From assembly GCA_965198235.1 (NCBI GenBank), contig OZ240248.1, positions 2,464,001 to 2,528,000 on the forward strand: a stretch of 64,000 nucleotides of DNA, read 5' to 3'. Position numbers and translations under genes: made by a program. How positions within the stretch are numbered: the first letter of the stretch is position 1; the number at the start of each line of letters is the position of its first letter. Shown one piece after another: positions 1-8,794 of the stretch. Under the pieces are notes generated by a model. It worked only from the letters and a program-made list of their open reading frames with translations. It was not told the origin of the DNA and ran no database searches. This stretch comes from Candidatus Poribacteria bacterium (GTDB taxonomy: Bacteria > Poribacteria > WGA-4E > WGA-3G).

Positions 1-413
1 GAATCTCCATCGTCGGCAACAGGGATACCAGCTTCCTGCAATCGTCCAATTTCCTCCTCATCACTGTTGTCCGTTTCAGTGACGACTCGTACCTGTACCC
101 CGCGACGGTATGCTTTGATTAAGCCATCCGCTACCGGTGCAGAGTCCAAGTGATAGAGCGCGGCATCGACCCGCGATGCGGCAGTGGTAAGTTTCTCGAC
201 GAGACGTTTCTCAAGGGAATAGTGGCTATCCCCGGCATCGGCTTCACTGAAGTAAACCTCCCACGCTACCACAGGAGGTCTGCTACCCTTGTAATGTCTA
301 ATACCGATGCCGATTACAACTGCACAAAACAGGATGAGAAGGAGGGGTAGAAATTTAGAATTTCTCTTTTTGGGTGCTGTGTTAGCTTCAGGTGCACCCG
401 AATCACTGTGCAT
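1..413 (-). CDS. Phospholipase D/Nuc-like protein, membrane-anchored; runs off the window edge
   Basis: Manual translation from ATG 413 (GGAGG RBS): TM segment, then WEVYFS...RVDAALYHLDS...IKAYRRGVQVRVVTE, typical of a PLD-like N-terminus. The HKD motif is not inside the window. Missing from the ORF track. Confidence 0.7.
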   Translation of the reverse strand, partial: MHSDSGAPEANTAPKKRNSKFLPLLLILFCAVVIGIGIRHYKGSRPPVVAWEVYFSEADAGDSHYSLEKRLVEKLTTAASRVDAALYHLDSAPVADGLIKAYRRGVQVRVVTETDNSDEEEIGRLQEAGIPVADDGD

Positions 414-469
414 GTCCGCGGACCTCCGTAATGGCTTGTCAAAGTATCCCTAAAGGCGTGTTGATACGA

Positions 470-1360
470 TTAAACGCCCCATTTCTGCCGTGATGTTTCC
501 AAGGATTCGATCTTTGCCTCGTCCTGCTTCCATGCGTAATGCCCCTTCGGTTTTTCACCAACCCACCGTTCGTCGATTGACTCAGCGGCAAGTTGGTAAC
601 GGGTATCTGCTGTTATACGAATCTTATCAGACGTGTTAACGAGGGAAGCATGCATCAGAAACATGCTGAAAATAATAACATCACCCGCTGAAAACGTTGT
701 CGTTGCCCAGCGTCCACCGAATTTCTCGACGATCTCAAGCGGTTTATCGCTGAAGTGTCCCTCAATCAGATCTCTGTCCACGTCTGACTGTCCGTAAGTC
801 GCTCGAACCTTTTCAAATCGGTTGGAGCCGAGACAGAACACAATCGGACCCATGTCCAGCGACACATCGCCAAAGGGGGTCCAGCAGGAGTAGAGATTTT
901 GCGTGCCTCTGCCCATAAAAACGATATCGTAATGTATCGGAGAGCCTGACCCGGGTCCTGCCGTGCGAAGCCATTTAAAATCGAACGTTCGGGCATCGCC
1001 GCCGAGGAATTGCTTGAAAAAGTTCATAATGGGTTCACCCTCAACGACTGCTTTGAATGCTGGCATCTGCGTCAATGCTTTGTTGCCCATTGAACCGGTT
1101 GACGTCGGTGCAGGGTAATCGGGATTGAAGATCCCGTCCATTAACGGTGTATCCGGTGCGAGCATCTCTTTTGCTGTGAGTTTCTCCAGAATCTGTCGAC
1201 GTGCCGTGAGAATCGCGTCCTTATCGTGTAATCCGCGGATCAAGAGATACCCGTCCGCTGCTATTCGCTCTTGCAAGGCATCGGGGTTGTCAAGGAGGTC
1301 GTTACTTTCTCGCAAATCGGTACTGACTTCTACTTCCTGATGCAAAAAAGGGAGTTTCAT
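470..1360 (-). CDS. Phytanoyl-CoA dioxygenase (PhyH) family Fe/2OG oxygenase
   Basis: DGYLLIRGL, HYD iron motif, distal HAS, RITADTRYQ. Confidence 0.85.
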   Translation of the reverse strand: MKLPFLHQEVEVSTDLRESNDLLDNPDALQERIAADGYLLIRGLHDKDAILTARRQILEKLTAKEMLAPDTPLMDGIFNPDYPAPTSTGSMGNKALTQMPAFKAVVEGEPIMNFFKQFLGGDARTFDFKWLRTAGPGSGSPIHYDIVFMGRGTQNLYSCWTPFGDVSLDMGPIVFCLGSNRFEKVRATYGQSDVDRDLIEGHFSDKPLEIVEKFGGRWATTTFSAGDVIIFSMFLMHASLVNTSDKIRITADTRYQLAAESIDERWVGEKPKGHYAWKQDEAKIESLETSRQKWGV

Positions 1361-1481
1361 TTTTTTAATGTTCCTTGCGGTTCGTTTAGGAAGATTGTGG
1401 TATCAGAAGTTCTTTCCGTATATCCAGCCCGCCCGTTGGTTGGACTTACGGACTCTCACTATGGACTTTTTGATGGTTTTT

Positions 1482-3551
1482 CTAAACTTTTGATCGGGGC
1501 AGTTCTTTCAACCACGCAAGATTGAACCGATAATGTTGACGACTACTAATCAGGTGGATTATCCCATTCTGTCCTTGGCAAACCGCGAGGTAACCGCCGA
1601 GTTCGGCACTGTTTAACCCCATCGTAAAGGGGCGTCCATCCATCGTCTCAAGCTCCCGATCTTCTCCGTCATCTGTAATCAGACGGACATGTTCCCACGT
1701 TTCACCGTCGTCATAAGACAACGCGCCAAAGAGCCCGGTAACGAGGCGTTGGTTTTTTGGCGCAGCTTGCAAGCCAAAACTTGCTATAGAAAAGTCAGAG
1801 GCATCAACGATCGGCATTGAGGGCGGTGTCTTCCGCTCTCCTGTGAAGGTGGCGAGAAAAATCGGTCCTTCTTGAAGTCGTAGCAGAACGCATCGCTGTC
1901 CACCGGAAACGGGCGGGAATGGACTCGCACTGTAATGCCACGTTCTACCACCGTCTGAGGAGAGACTCTTCGGCATCCGACCGTTGATTGTATCACCTCT
2001 GCCGTAAGCCATCAACCTTCCATCTGTGAGTTCGACCACAGCGGCGTGGATGCCAGCGATCCATCCTCCCTGTTTTTCATCGGCAAATTCCGGGATGGGT
2101 TGTCCAGCTCCCGGATCGGACCATGTGTCACCATCATCTTCGCTGAGCCATATTGCGGTGCCGCCGTTACCACCACTCACTGCATCGCAGGCGAGGAGGA
2201 TAGAACCGTCCTGTCTTCGGAAAACCGAGGCAATCGGCATGTGCCGAAGGCAATGCTCTGGTGATATGAAGCGCGGTTTCGACCAAGTCGCACCGTTATC
2301 ATCGGAGTAACGGAGTACCAACGCTAAAGTCCCCCACGTTGCGGCAGCCGAGAGTCCATTGAAATGGTAAATTCGTCCATTCTCGTTTCGCCAAAGGGAG
2401 GTGGCGTGATTGTTCCGATCGGGCGGACCCCAGAAGGGTTCAGCTGGGTCCCATTCCGTTTCGCCAAAGCGCAATCGGCTTGCGGCGACCGTCAATTCGC
2501 GTCCCCGCTCCGTCACGCATGAATACCACGCCGCAAACATATCACCGTTCGGACATTCTACAATCGCCGGAACGTGATTATGTGCAGAAAAAAGTGGACC
2601 GTTTGAACCTTCAGGAATTTGAACGTAGGTGAGTGGTTCTGCAAAATAGGGGGATTCTGGCGCGGGTGCACGCATATTTTCCTGTTTGACATCACGACCC
2701 CATAATGACACTTTCGGTGCTGATATTGGAGAGGTCTGCGGCATCGCACCACAGACGACACGGAATCCGATGTACCAGTGCTTATCTTCTGACACCGCCC
2801 CTATGCGGTTGGCTGAGCGCAGATAACAGAGTAACGTCGAGTGACTGCCACCCCGTGTAACGCGATACAAACCCTCTTCCCTACCCACTGGATCTACTTG
2901 CGGATCCGGTTCGTAAGTCCCGTACCAATCTTGACACCACTCCTCTACGTTCCCGTGCATATCATGGACATCCCACGCGTTGGCGGTAGTGCGTCCGACG
3001 TGCAAAGGCACGATTTCTTCTGCGCCACGACTCCGCCCTGCATCCGGATACCAACTCTCTCCAACGTTTTTATGGAATTCAGGCGGGAGTGTATCGCCAG
3101 TATGAAAATGAGTTGTTGTCCCTGCCCGGCACACGTATTCCCACTCTGCTTCGGTTGGCAGTCGGTAGGGGAGACCTTCCTTTTCGGAGAGCCATTCGCA
3201 GAATCGCGTCGCATCGTGCCAGTCTACAAACACAACCGCTTCATCATCTTCTTTTGAAAAACCGGTGTTTTGAAGACTCTTCATCTCATGGTGTGTGGGA
3301 TCAAATGCCTCATACTGTGCATTCGTTACCTGAAAAATGCCGATATAGAACGGCGTGGTAAGGGTTACTTGATGTACGGGTTGTTCATCCCAATCACCGT
3401 CGCGGAGGTATGCTTTTCCGGCTGTCAATTCATCTGATAGCGCGGCGTTCTTTGAACCCATGCGAAAGGTCCCAGGTTCAATTCTAACGAACCGCATCCC
3501 TATTGAATTTGTATACATTTGACCTTCAATCGTTTTTTTTACTATGGTCAC
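1482..3551 (-). CDS. FGE-sulfatase (SUMF1) domain fused to a BNR/sialidase beta-propeller
   Basis: RLPTEAEWEY, DMHGNVEEWCQDWY, RGGS, IGFRVV; C-terminal Asp-boxes SDDNGATW, SEDDGDTW, SSDGGRTW, SYDDGETW. Confidence 0.85.
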   Translation of the reverse strand: MTIVKKTIEGQMYTNSIGMRFVRIEPGTFRMGSKNAALSDELTAGKAYLRDGDWDEQPVHQVTLTTPFYIGIFQVTNAQYEAFDPTHHEMKSLQNTGFSKEDDEAVVFVDWHDATRFCEWLSEKEGLPYRLPTEAEWEYVCRAGTTTHFHTGDTLPPEFHKNVGESWYPDAGRSRGAEEIVPLHVGRTTANAWDVHDMHGNVEEWCQDWYGTYEPDPQVDPVGREEGLYRVTRGGSHSTLLCYLRSANRIGAVSEDKHWYIGFRVVCGAMPQTSPISAPKVSLWGRDVKQENMRAPAPESPYFAEPLTYVQIPEGSNGPLFSAHNHVPAIVECPNGDMFAAWYSCVTERGRELTVAASRLRFGETEWDPAEPFWGPPDRNNHATSLWRNENGRIYHFNGLSAAATWGTLALVLRYSDDNGATWSKPRFISPEHCLRHMPIASVFRRQDGSILLACDAVSGGNGGTAIWLSEDDGDTWSDPGAGQPIPEFADEKQGGWIAGIHAAVVELTDGRLMAYGRGDTINGRMPKSLSSDGGRTWHYSASPFPPVSGGQRCVLLRLQEGPIFLATFTGERKTPPSMPIVDASDFSIASFGLQAAPKNQRLVTGLFGALSYDDGETWEHVRLITDDGEDRELETMDGRPFTMGLNSAELGGYLAVCQGQNGIIHLISSRQHYRFNLAWLKELPRSKV

Positions 3552-4024
3552 CTGTTAACCCTCAACTCGTGCTTTAACATTTATAACGGAGGCGAGTTGA
3601 TGGTTAAATCGCTCCACTTCGTTCCGCGCTGGTTTTCGGTTAACGCGATTCGTTTTTGAAATGTAGATGATTTGCTGCTGGCGTTGCGTCCTAAATCATT
3701 TTCGCTGATGTTATTATATCAAATCGGACTGAATTTGTCCCTGAAAAAATATGATTGGTTATTATAACCCAAGTTGCTACGGACAAGATTTTGGCATGCA
3801 AACATCGTTTTTCATTGAGGCGTGTTCATTATCTACGGAGGTTTCGAGCGTAAACTGTAAGTTTCCCCACTCACGGGAAACCCAATCTAACAGATTATGC
3901 TATGAAGGGCGCAACTTAGGTAATTTTAATGTGAGTTCAGTAATAAATGTCCGTGTTTTTGCTTAGGTATTCCCCAAGCTTGAGCTGAAGTGCCAACGCT
4001 TATTAGGGCCAAAATTCCGTAAAG

Positions 4025-4892
4025 TTAAGACAAGTTTTTTCGCTCAAACTCAATAGGTGTCAAATGGTTTCCTAACGCCGAATGAGGGCGTTTGTGATGA
4101 TACACCTGTGTGATAAAATGCCCGATGCGTGCGCTGGCATCGGTTATATCCTCATAATCATTGAGATGCACCTCCTCTTCTTTGAGGGTTCGGATGAGTC
4201 TTTCGGCATATCCGTTCTCCCAAGGGCGGCCTCTGTGTGCTAATGAAATCTCAATCCCATGATGGGTGAGGGTGGAGATATATGCACTTGAAAGATACTG
4301 CACGCCTTGATCGCTAGGGTGTATCTCTGGGACGCTATGGCGTAATGCCTGTTGTAGCGGTTTCAGCGTCAGAGATGTGTTCAAATGCGGGCTGATCTGC
4401 CACCCTCTTACCATGCGAGTGAAGACATCCATGAGCAGACAAACATAGACGAAGTGTCTATCGAGACGGACATACGTTATATCGCCAACCCAGACCTGAT
4501 CGCGTCTGCAGATGTCAAGAGCTTCGAGTCGATTCACCCCGGGCTTTGCACCTTCAAGCGATCTCGGGGTTTGACAGGCGCGTTTGACTGAAACCGACAG
4601 GTGCGCTGATTTCATCAAGCGGGCAACGCGGCGATATCCGACGGTGTATCCCAGACGCAACAGCATCTGTGTGATACGTCTATACCCATATTTCGGATAA
4701 CGCCCACATAACTTCTCTATTTCCTCTCGGAGGCCCTCTTGAGAAGGGTCGATTTTCGGCTCATAAGAGAGAAGGCTCCCGTGGAAACCCAGCGTCTCAG
4801 AAATCTGTCGAACTCAATAATCGTCCCGCAACGCCTCAACGAGGTTTCGCTTCTCAGACGCGGTTAGTTCAACCACGTCGAGGCTTTTTTTT
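4025..4892 (-). pseudogene. IS3 OrfB DDE integrase-core transposase with a premature stop
   Basis: The -1 frame after the A8 run reads KSLDVV...DDY*VRQI...YGYRRI...WVGDITY...SDQG...ENGYAER; in-frame TGA at 4814-4816. Confidence 0.85.
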
Positions 4893-5154
4893 CGATGTCT
4901 AACGCCACGGTCAACCGCCCAACGAACTGTTCAAGATGAGCAATCCGTTCCGCAGCAGCCTCAGTGGTTTTATCCCTCGATTCAAACACAGACGCTGCAT
5001 TTTCAAGGAGTTGCTGCTTCCACTTTGAGAGTTGGTCTTCGCTGAGGTTATACCGCCGACACAGTTCTGCTTGGGAACTTTCACCGCTGAGTGCCTCAAG
5101 AACAACTGTCGCTTTAAACTCGGGGGTGAAGTTTCTTCGTTTTCGTTTCGCCAT
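4864..5154 (-). CDS. IS3 OrfA (HTH_Tnp_1)
   Basis: RRNFTPEFKATVVLE...ELCRRYNLS..QLSKWK; ends over the GAAAAAAAAG slippery site. Confidence 0.9.
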   Translation of the reverse strand: MAKRKRRNFTPEFKATVVLEALSGESSQAELCRRYNLSEDQLSKWKQQLLENAASVFESRDKTTEAAAERIAHLEQFVGRLTVALDIEKKASTWLN

Positions 5155-5234
5155 CGGATGCTCCTTTCAGTGAGAGTGGTATTATACCACAATCTTGGTT
5201 TAGACTGTGGCCCTAATTTCCGATGGCAGTACAA

Positions 5235-5453
5235 CTCCGGACATACCTTCGCGCAGCGATCCAACGTCTCACACAGACACGCAGGCAGGTGTTTCTCCTC
5301 TACTACGCCCAGGACCTATCAATAAAATAGATTGCCACCCGCCTGAACCGCTCGGAAGGCACGATTAAAACGCATCTCCGCAACGCACGCCTCCAACTCC
5401 AAGAATATCTCACGCCTTACCTGAAAAATCAACACATTCCCTGGCTCGCATAG
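5235..5453 (+). pseudogene. C-terminal remnant (region 4) of an ECF sigma-70 factor
   Basis: LRAAIQRLTQTRRQVFLLYYAQDLSIK*IATRLNRSEGTIKTHLRNARLQL; internal TAG at 5328-5330; abuts the IS3 end. Confidence 0.75.
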
Positions 5454-5495
5454 GACGATTTGGTTTTCGGTTTTCTTACCGTTTTAGGTAGGGCA

Positions 5496-5655
5496 TCGCG
5501 ACCTAGAGGTCGCTCCTACCGGGATGAGTCGGGAATCGGAGTTCCCTCCTACCGTTAGCAGTCAGTTTTCATCAGCAGTCAGCAAGAATCGCGAGCACGG
5601 GGAAATCCGCAGAAACACTCTATCAAAAACTCCAAGCAAAAACACTCGCTCCTAC
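5496..5655 (-). repeat. Cluster of GTAG-type REP-like palindromes
   Basis: Three units ending CTCCTAC (5496-5519, 5527-5552, 5589-5655); related copies at 23030, 32700-32829 and 47946. Confidence 0.75.
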
Positions 5656-5789
5656 AGAAAGCGCGCCGGTTTCCAAATGCTTTGCAGTGAGAACAAGCGT
5701 CGTGAATCGGAGGGTTTTTACTTGGATATTTCTGCGGATTTTCCCTCCCTACGGGAAAACTGAATGCCCTATTTTTTGATGAAATTTAC

Positions 5790-5818
5790 TTGCATTCTTA
5801 ACAGATTTATAGTATAAT
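5790..5818 (+). promoter_or_regulatory. Sigma-70 promoter for the MNT-HEPN operon
   Basis: TTGCAT-17bp-TATAAT. Confidence 0.6.
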
Positions 5819-5882
5819 TAATGATAGAAAGTTCCTGTTTTTTATCAAAATTTGAATTCCCCTTTCATTTTACACTTTAACG

Positions 5883-6653
5883 GTGACGCGCATGATTGAC
5901 AAACGAGACATTCAAGCCGCTTGTGATGACATCGTACGTGAATTCGCACCGCTACAAGTTATCCTCTTCGGTTCCTATGCCTACGGGACACCGACCGAGA
6001 CTTCGGATGTGGATCTGCTGGTGGTCGTGCCAACAGTCAGATCAGAACGGCACCGGCGAACTGTGGAAACCTCACAGCGTAACCCCTGTAACTTCAGCAT
6101 AGATCTGCTGGTGCGTTCACCTGAGGAGATCGCATATCGCCTTTCCCATAATGACTGGTTTCTTCGCGAGATCACTGAAAAAGGCGAAGTCCTTTATGAA
6201 GCCGCTAATTTTTTTATGGAGACCCCCGAAAAGGAAAAAACGGCTATGAACCCTTTGACGCTGGAATGGATGGGAAAAGCTGAAAAAGATTATGCTGCGG
6301 TTAAGTGGCTTCAGCAGGCACCCATACCAGATTACGATATTATATGCTTCCATATCCAACAGTGCATTGAAAAATGTCTCAAGGCATGGCTTCAAGAGGC
6401 GGGTGTCCTGATTCCCAGATCGCACGATTTAAAGGGATTGTTGGCGTTAATCGTCTCAACTGTTCCTATGTGGCAGACGTGGGAGCCAGACTTTTCGGAA
6501 ATTTCTAAACACGCAGTGGCGACTCGCTATCCCGGGGATTCAGCGACCGCGGACAATGCTGTGCATGCCATGCAGATCTGCGATCAGGTGAGGCACGCCA
6601 TTCGTGAACAGTTAAAACTACCGCCCGATGTCACAGTAGGAGAAACACAATGA
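5883..6653 (+). CDS. Minimal nucleotidyltransferase (MNT)-HEPN fusion protein
   Basis: ILFGSYAYG...SDVDLLVV...GEVLYE, then HEPN EWMGKAEKDY...FHIQQCIEKCLKA...RSHDL...TRYP. Confidence 0.85.
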   Translation: MTRMIDKRDIQAACDDIVREFAPLQVILFGSYAYGTPTETSDVDLLVVVPTVRSERHRRTVETSQRNPCNFSIDLLVRSPEEIAYRLSHNDWFLREITEKGEVLYEAANFFMETPEKEKTAMNPLTLEWMGKAEKDYAAVKWLQQAPIPDYDIICFHIQQCIEKCLKAWLQEAGVLIPRSHDLKGLLALIVSTVPMWQTWEPDFSEISKHAVATRYPGDSATADNAVHAMQICDQVRHAIREQLKLPPDVTVGETQ

Positions 6654-8578
6654 AAGCCCAAGACGTTATCGAAGAACAGTACCGCGAAGCCGTGGATATG
6701 CTTGTCAAGAAGGTTCAGAAGGATCCATACATCCTCGCCGCTATTGTTGCAGGCAGTTTCTCTTATGCCCAGGTATGGGAAAAATCGGATCTTGATGTGG
6801 AACTCATCGGCAGAGACGCGATTCGTCCGACGCAATCTTTCTTTTCGCTTGTTGAAAACGGGGTGAATATCCACGCGAATATAACCCCACGTAATGCTTT
6901 TAAGCAGACAATAGAGGGTGCGCAACAGGGTTCCTTTATGCACTCCTATTTCTCGCACAGCACGCTCCTCTTTTCGCACGATGCCTCTATCCAAGAGTGG
7001 TATGATAAAAACGCAAACCGCAACAACATCGGTGAGCGTGATAAGCAGCTCCAACTACTCAACGTCATCGCCAGCACACTGCCAAGCCTTGTCTATGCTG
7101 AAAAGCAGTTTTACGTCAACAAAGATTGCCTCACCTGTTTCCTATCAATTCTGAATGTAGTGCAAGGGTTAGCACGGTTGGAGGTGCTTTTGAACGGTGA
7201 AATCCCGGCACGGGAGGTGATTCAACCCGCCCTCCGTTACAATCCGGATTTCTTTAACCGGGTCTATACAGATTTAATCAACTGTGAAAAGACGGAAGCA
7301 GTCATTCAGGGGGCACTGGATGCAATTAACGTCTATCTTGATGCGCGGCAGTTTATCTTCCAACCGGTTCTTGATTATCTCATTGAGCAGAAAGCGCCGC
7401 GCACAAATACCGAATTGAACGCAGACCTGGGGCGTGGTTTGCCTGTCAATAGTGAAGGTGTTCCCGAATTTGATGACGAATCCTTAGATTTAGCCTGTCA
7501 GTGGCTGGCTTGGAAAGGGACTATCAGGCAAGTTGCGATGCCGATGAAACTCACAGTAAAAAGCCAGGTCCCTGTGGAAGAGCCTGCCTACTATTACGAC
7601 GGCACTAAAGTTGAACAGGGACAGATGCGTCTACAAGAGGACATCCACGCCCAGATTCACCGGGCAGTAGACAATTTAATGGACACACTCAGGGAGGACA
7701 TGTACATCCTCGCAGCGGTTCTCACCAGTAATCTCGCCGAAGACAACGTCTGGGAAAAAACGACACCTTACATCACACTCATCCTGAGAGATGGAACAAA
7801 ATTCGAACAGAAGGAGTATCAGTTAATCGAAGATGGCATTCCATTCCGGGTTCAACTCTACACCCGCAGTGAGTATAGAAAGTTGTTGGATGGGACGCTA
7901 CAAGGCAGTTCACTCCATTCAATTCTCGCGGAAAGCCGTGTCCTTTTTTCCAAAGACAGTCTCTTTTCTGTAGAGGGTCCTGCGAATTTCCGTGTGGGTG
8001 ATCCTTCCTGTCTACAGGTCGGTGAACGGGATAAACACTCTCAACTCCTCAACGCCGCAGCCAACGTGGCAGCCATACTCGCAAAAGCCGAAAAATGGTT
8101 CCACCTCAAGCACGATATAAATTACACGTTTCTCTACCTGACTTATGCAGTCAGGGAATTGGCACGTATTGAAGTTCTCATGCATGGCGAAACGCCGAGA
8201 CGCAAGATTATCTATCAAGCACTTGCGCACAACCCATCCTTTTTCAACGCCGTTTTCACGGATCTGATAGACAAGCAGAAAGACGAGGCAATGCTTCGTG
8301 AGGCACTTGAACAGGTCGATCAGTATTTAGAGGATAATCTGCAGATGCTATTCAAACCGCTGCTTGATTTCTTTGAGGAATCGGGCGAGGAACGCACGAT
8401 AACCGACATCTATACGCATTTCGGCAGGCGGCAACTCGCCTTTGAATTGGCGTGTGAGTGGCTTGCACAGAAAGAGATTATAGAACAGTTCTCAGCACCT
8501 ATCCGTTTGACAAAGGACAGCCAAACTTCCGTAGAGGAACCCGCATATTATTTTGACGCAAATAACCCCTTTCTATAG
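6650..8578 (+). CDS. Tandem-duplicated nucleotidyltransferase-fold protein (KNTase/YgxA-like)
   Basis: Two ~320 aa repeats; the first has GS-x10-DLD; both contain VWEK, GERDK, LACxWLA and VEEPAYY; ATGA overlap with the upstream gene. Confidence 0.7.
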   Translation: MKAQDVIEEQYREAVDMLVKKVQKDPYILAAIVAGSFSYAQVWEKSDLDVELIGRDAIRPTQSFFSLVENGVNIHANITPRNAFKQTIEGAQQGSFMHSYFSHSTLLFSHDASIQEWYDKNANRNNIGERDKQLQLLNVIASTLPSLVYAEKQFYVNKDCLTCFLSILNVVQGLARLEVLLNGEIPAREVIQPALRYNPDFFNRVYTDLINCEKTEAVIQGALDAINVYLDARQFIFQPVLDYLIEQKAPRTNTELNADLGRGLPVNSEGVPEFDDESLDLACQWLAWKGTIRQVAMPMKLTVKSQVPVEEPAYYYDGTKVEQGQMRLQEDIHAQIHRAVDNLMDTLREDMYILAAVLTSNLAEDNVWEKTTPYITLILRDGTKFEQKEYQLIEDGIPFRVQLYTRSEYRKLLDGTLQGSSLHSILAESRVLFSKDSLFSVEGPANFRVGDPSCLQVGERDKHSQLLNAAANVAAILAKAEKWFHLKHDINYTFLYLTYAVRELARIEVLMHGETPRRKIIYQALAHNPSFFNAVFTDLIDKQKDEAMLREALEQVDQYLEDNLQMLFKPLLDFFEESGEERTITDIYTHFGRRQLAFELACEWLAQKEIIEQFSAPIRLTKDSQTSVEEPAYYFDANNPFL

Positions 8579-8629
8579 GGCAGGTTTCCATATTCTTTCA
8601 GAATTCTTTCAGAAAGGAGTATCAATCAA

Positions 8630-8785
8630 ATGACTGAGATAGGTGTGCATGAAGCAAAGACGCATTTGTCAAGACTTCTCAAGCGCGTTGAAAATGGAGA
8701 AAGTTTTTCTATAACCAATAGAGGTAAAGTTGTAGCGGTAATGGTTCCCCCTTACCCAATTAAATACTTAATTATTACATTGTAG
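8630..8785 (+). CDS. Phd/YefM-family antitoxin, short (51 aa), orphan
   Basis: [40 protein letters not shown]; AAGGAG RBS; below the ORF-track cutoff. Confidence 0.8.
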   Translation: MTEIGVHEAKTHLSRLLKRVENGESFSITNRGKVVAVMVPPYPIKYLIITL

Positions 8786-8794
8786 GAGGCATGT

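Larger units (their letters stand above)
3986..5233 (-). mobile_element. IS3-family insertion sequence, 1248 bp, degenerate
   Basis: TG...CA ends with imperfect inverted repeats (TGAAGTGCCAACGCTTATTAGGGCCA vs TGTACTGCCATCGGAAATTAGGGCCA, 20/26 by hand); orfA/orfB layout; no target-site duplication seen. Confidence 0.9.

Noticed and set aside
4814-4816. In-frame TGA in IS3 orfB as possible selenocysteine
   Set aside because: No Cys is expected there and no SECIS-like hairpin follows; the element shows other signs of decay
5328-5330. In-frame TAG in the sigma remnant as pyrrolysine or recoding
   Set aside because: A simple GAG-to-TAG nonsense change in a truncated pseudogene explains it
5496-5655. 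Repeat clusters here and at 32700-32829 as CRISPR arrays
   Set aside because: Units are non-identical with irregular spacing, and there are no cas genes
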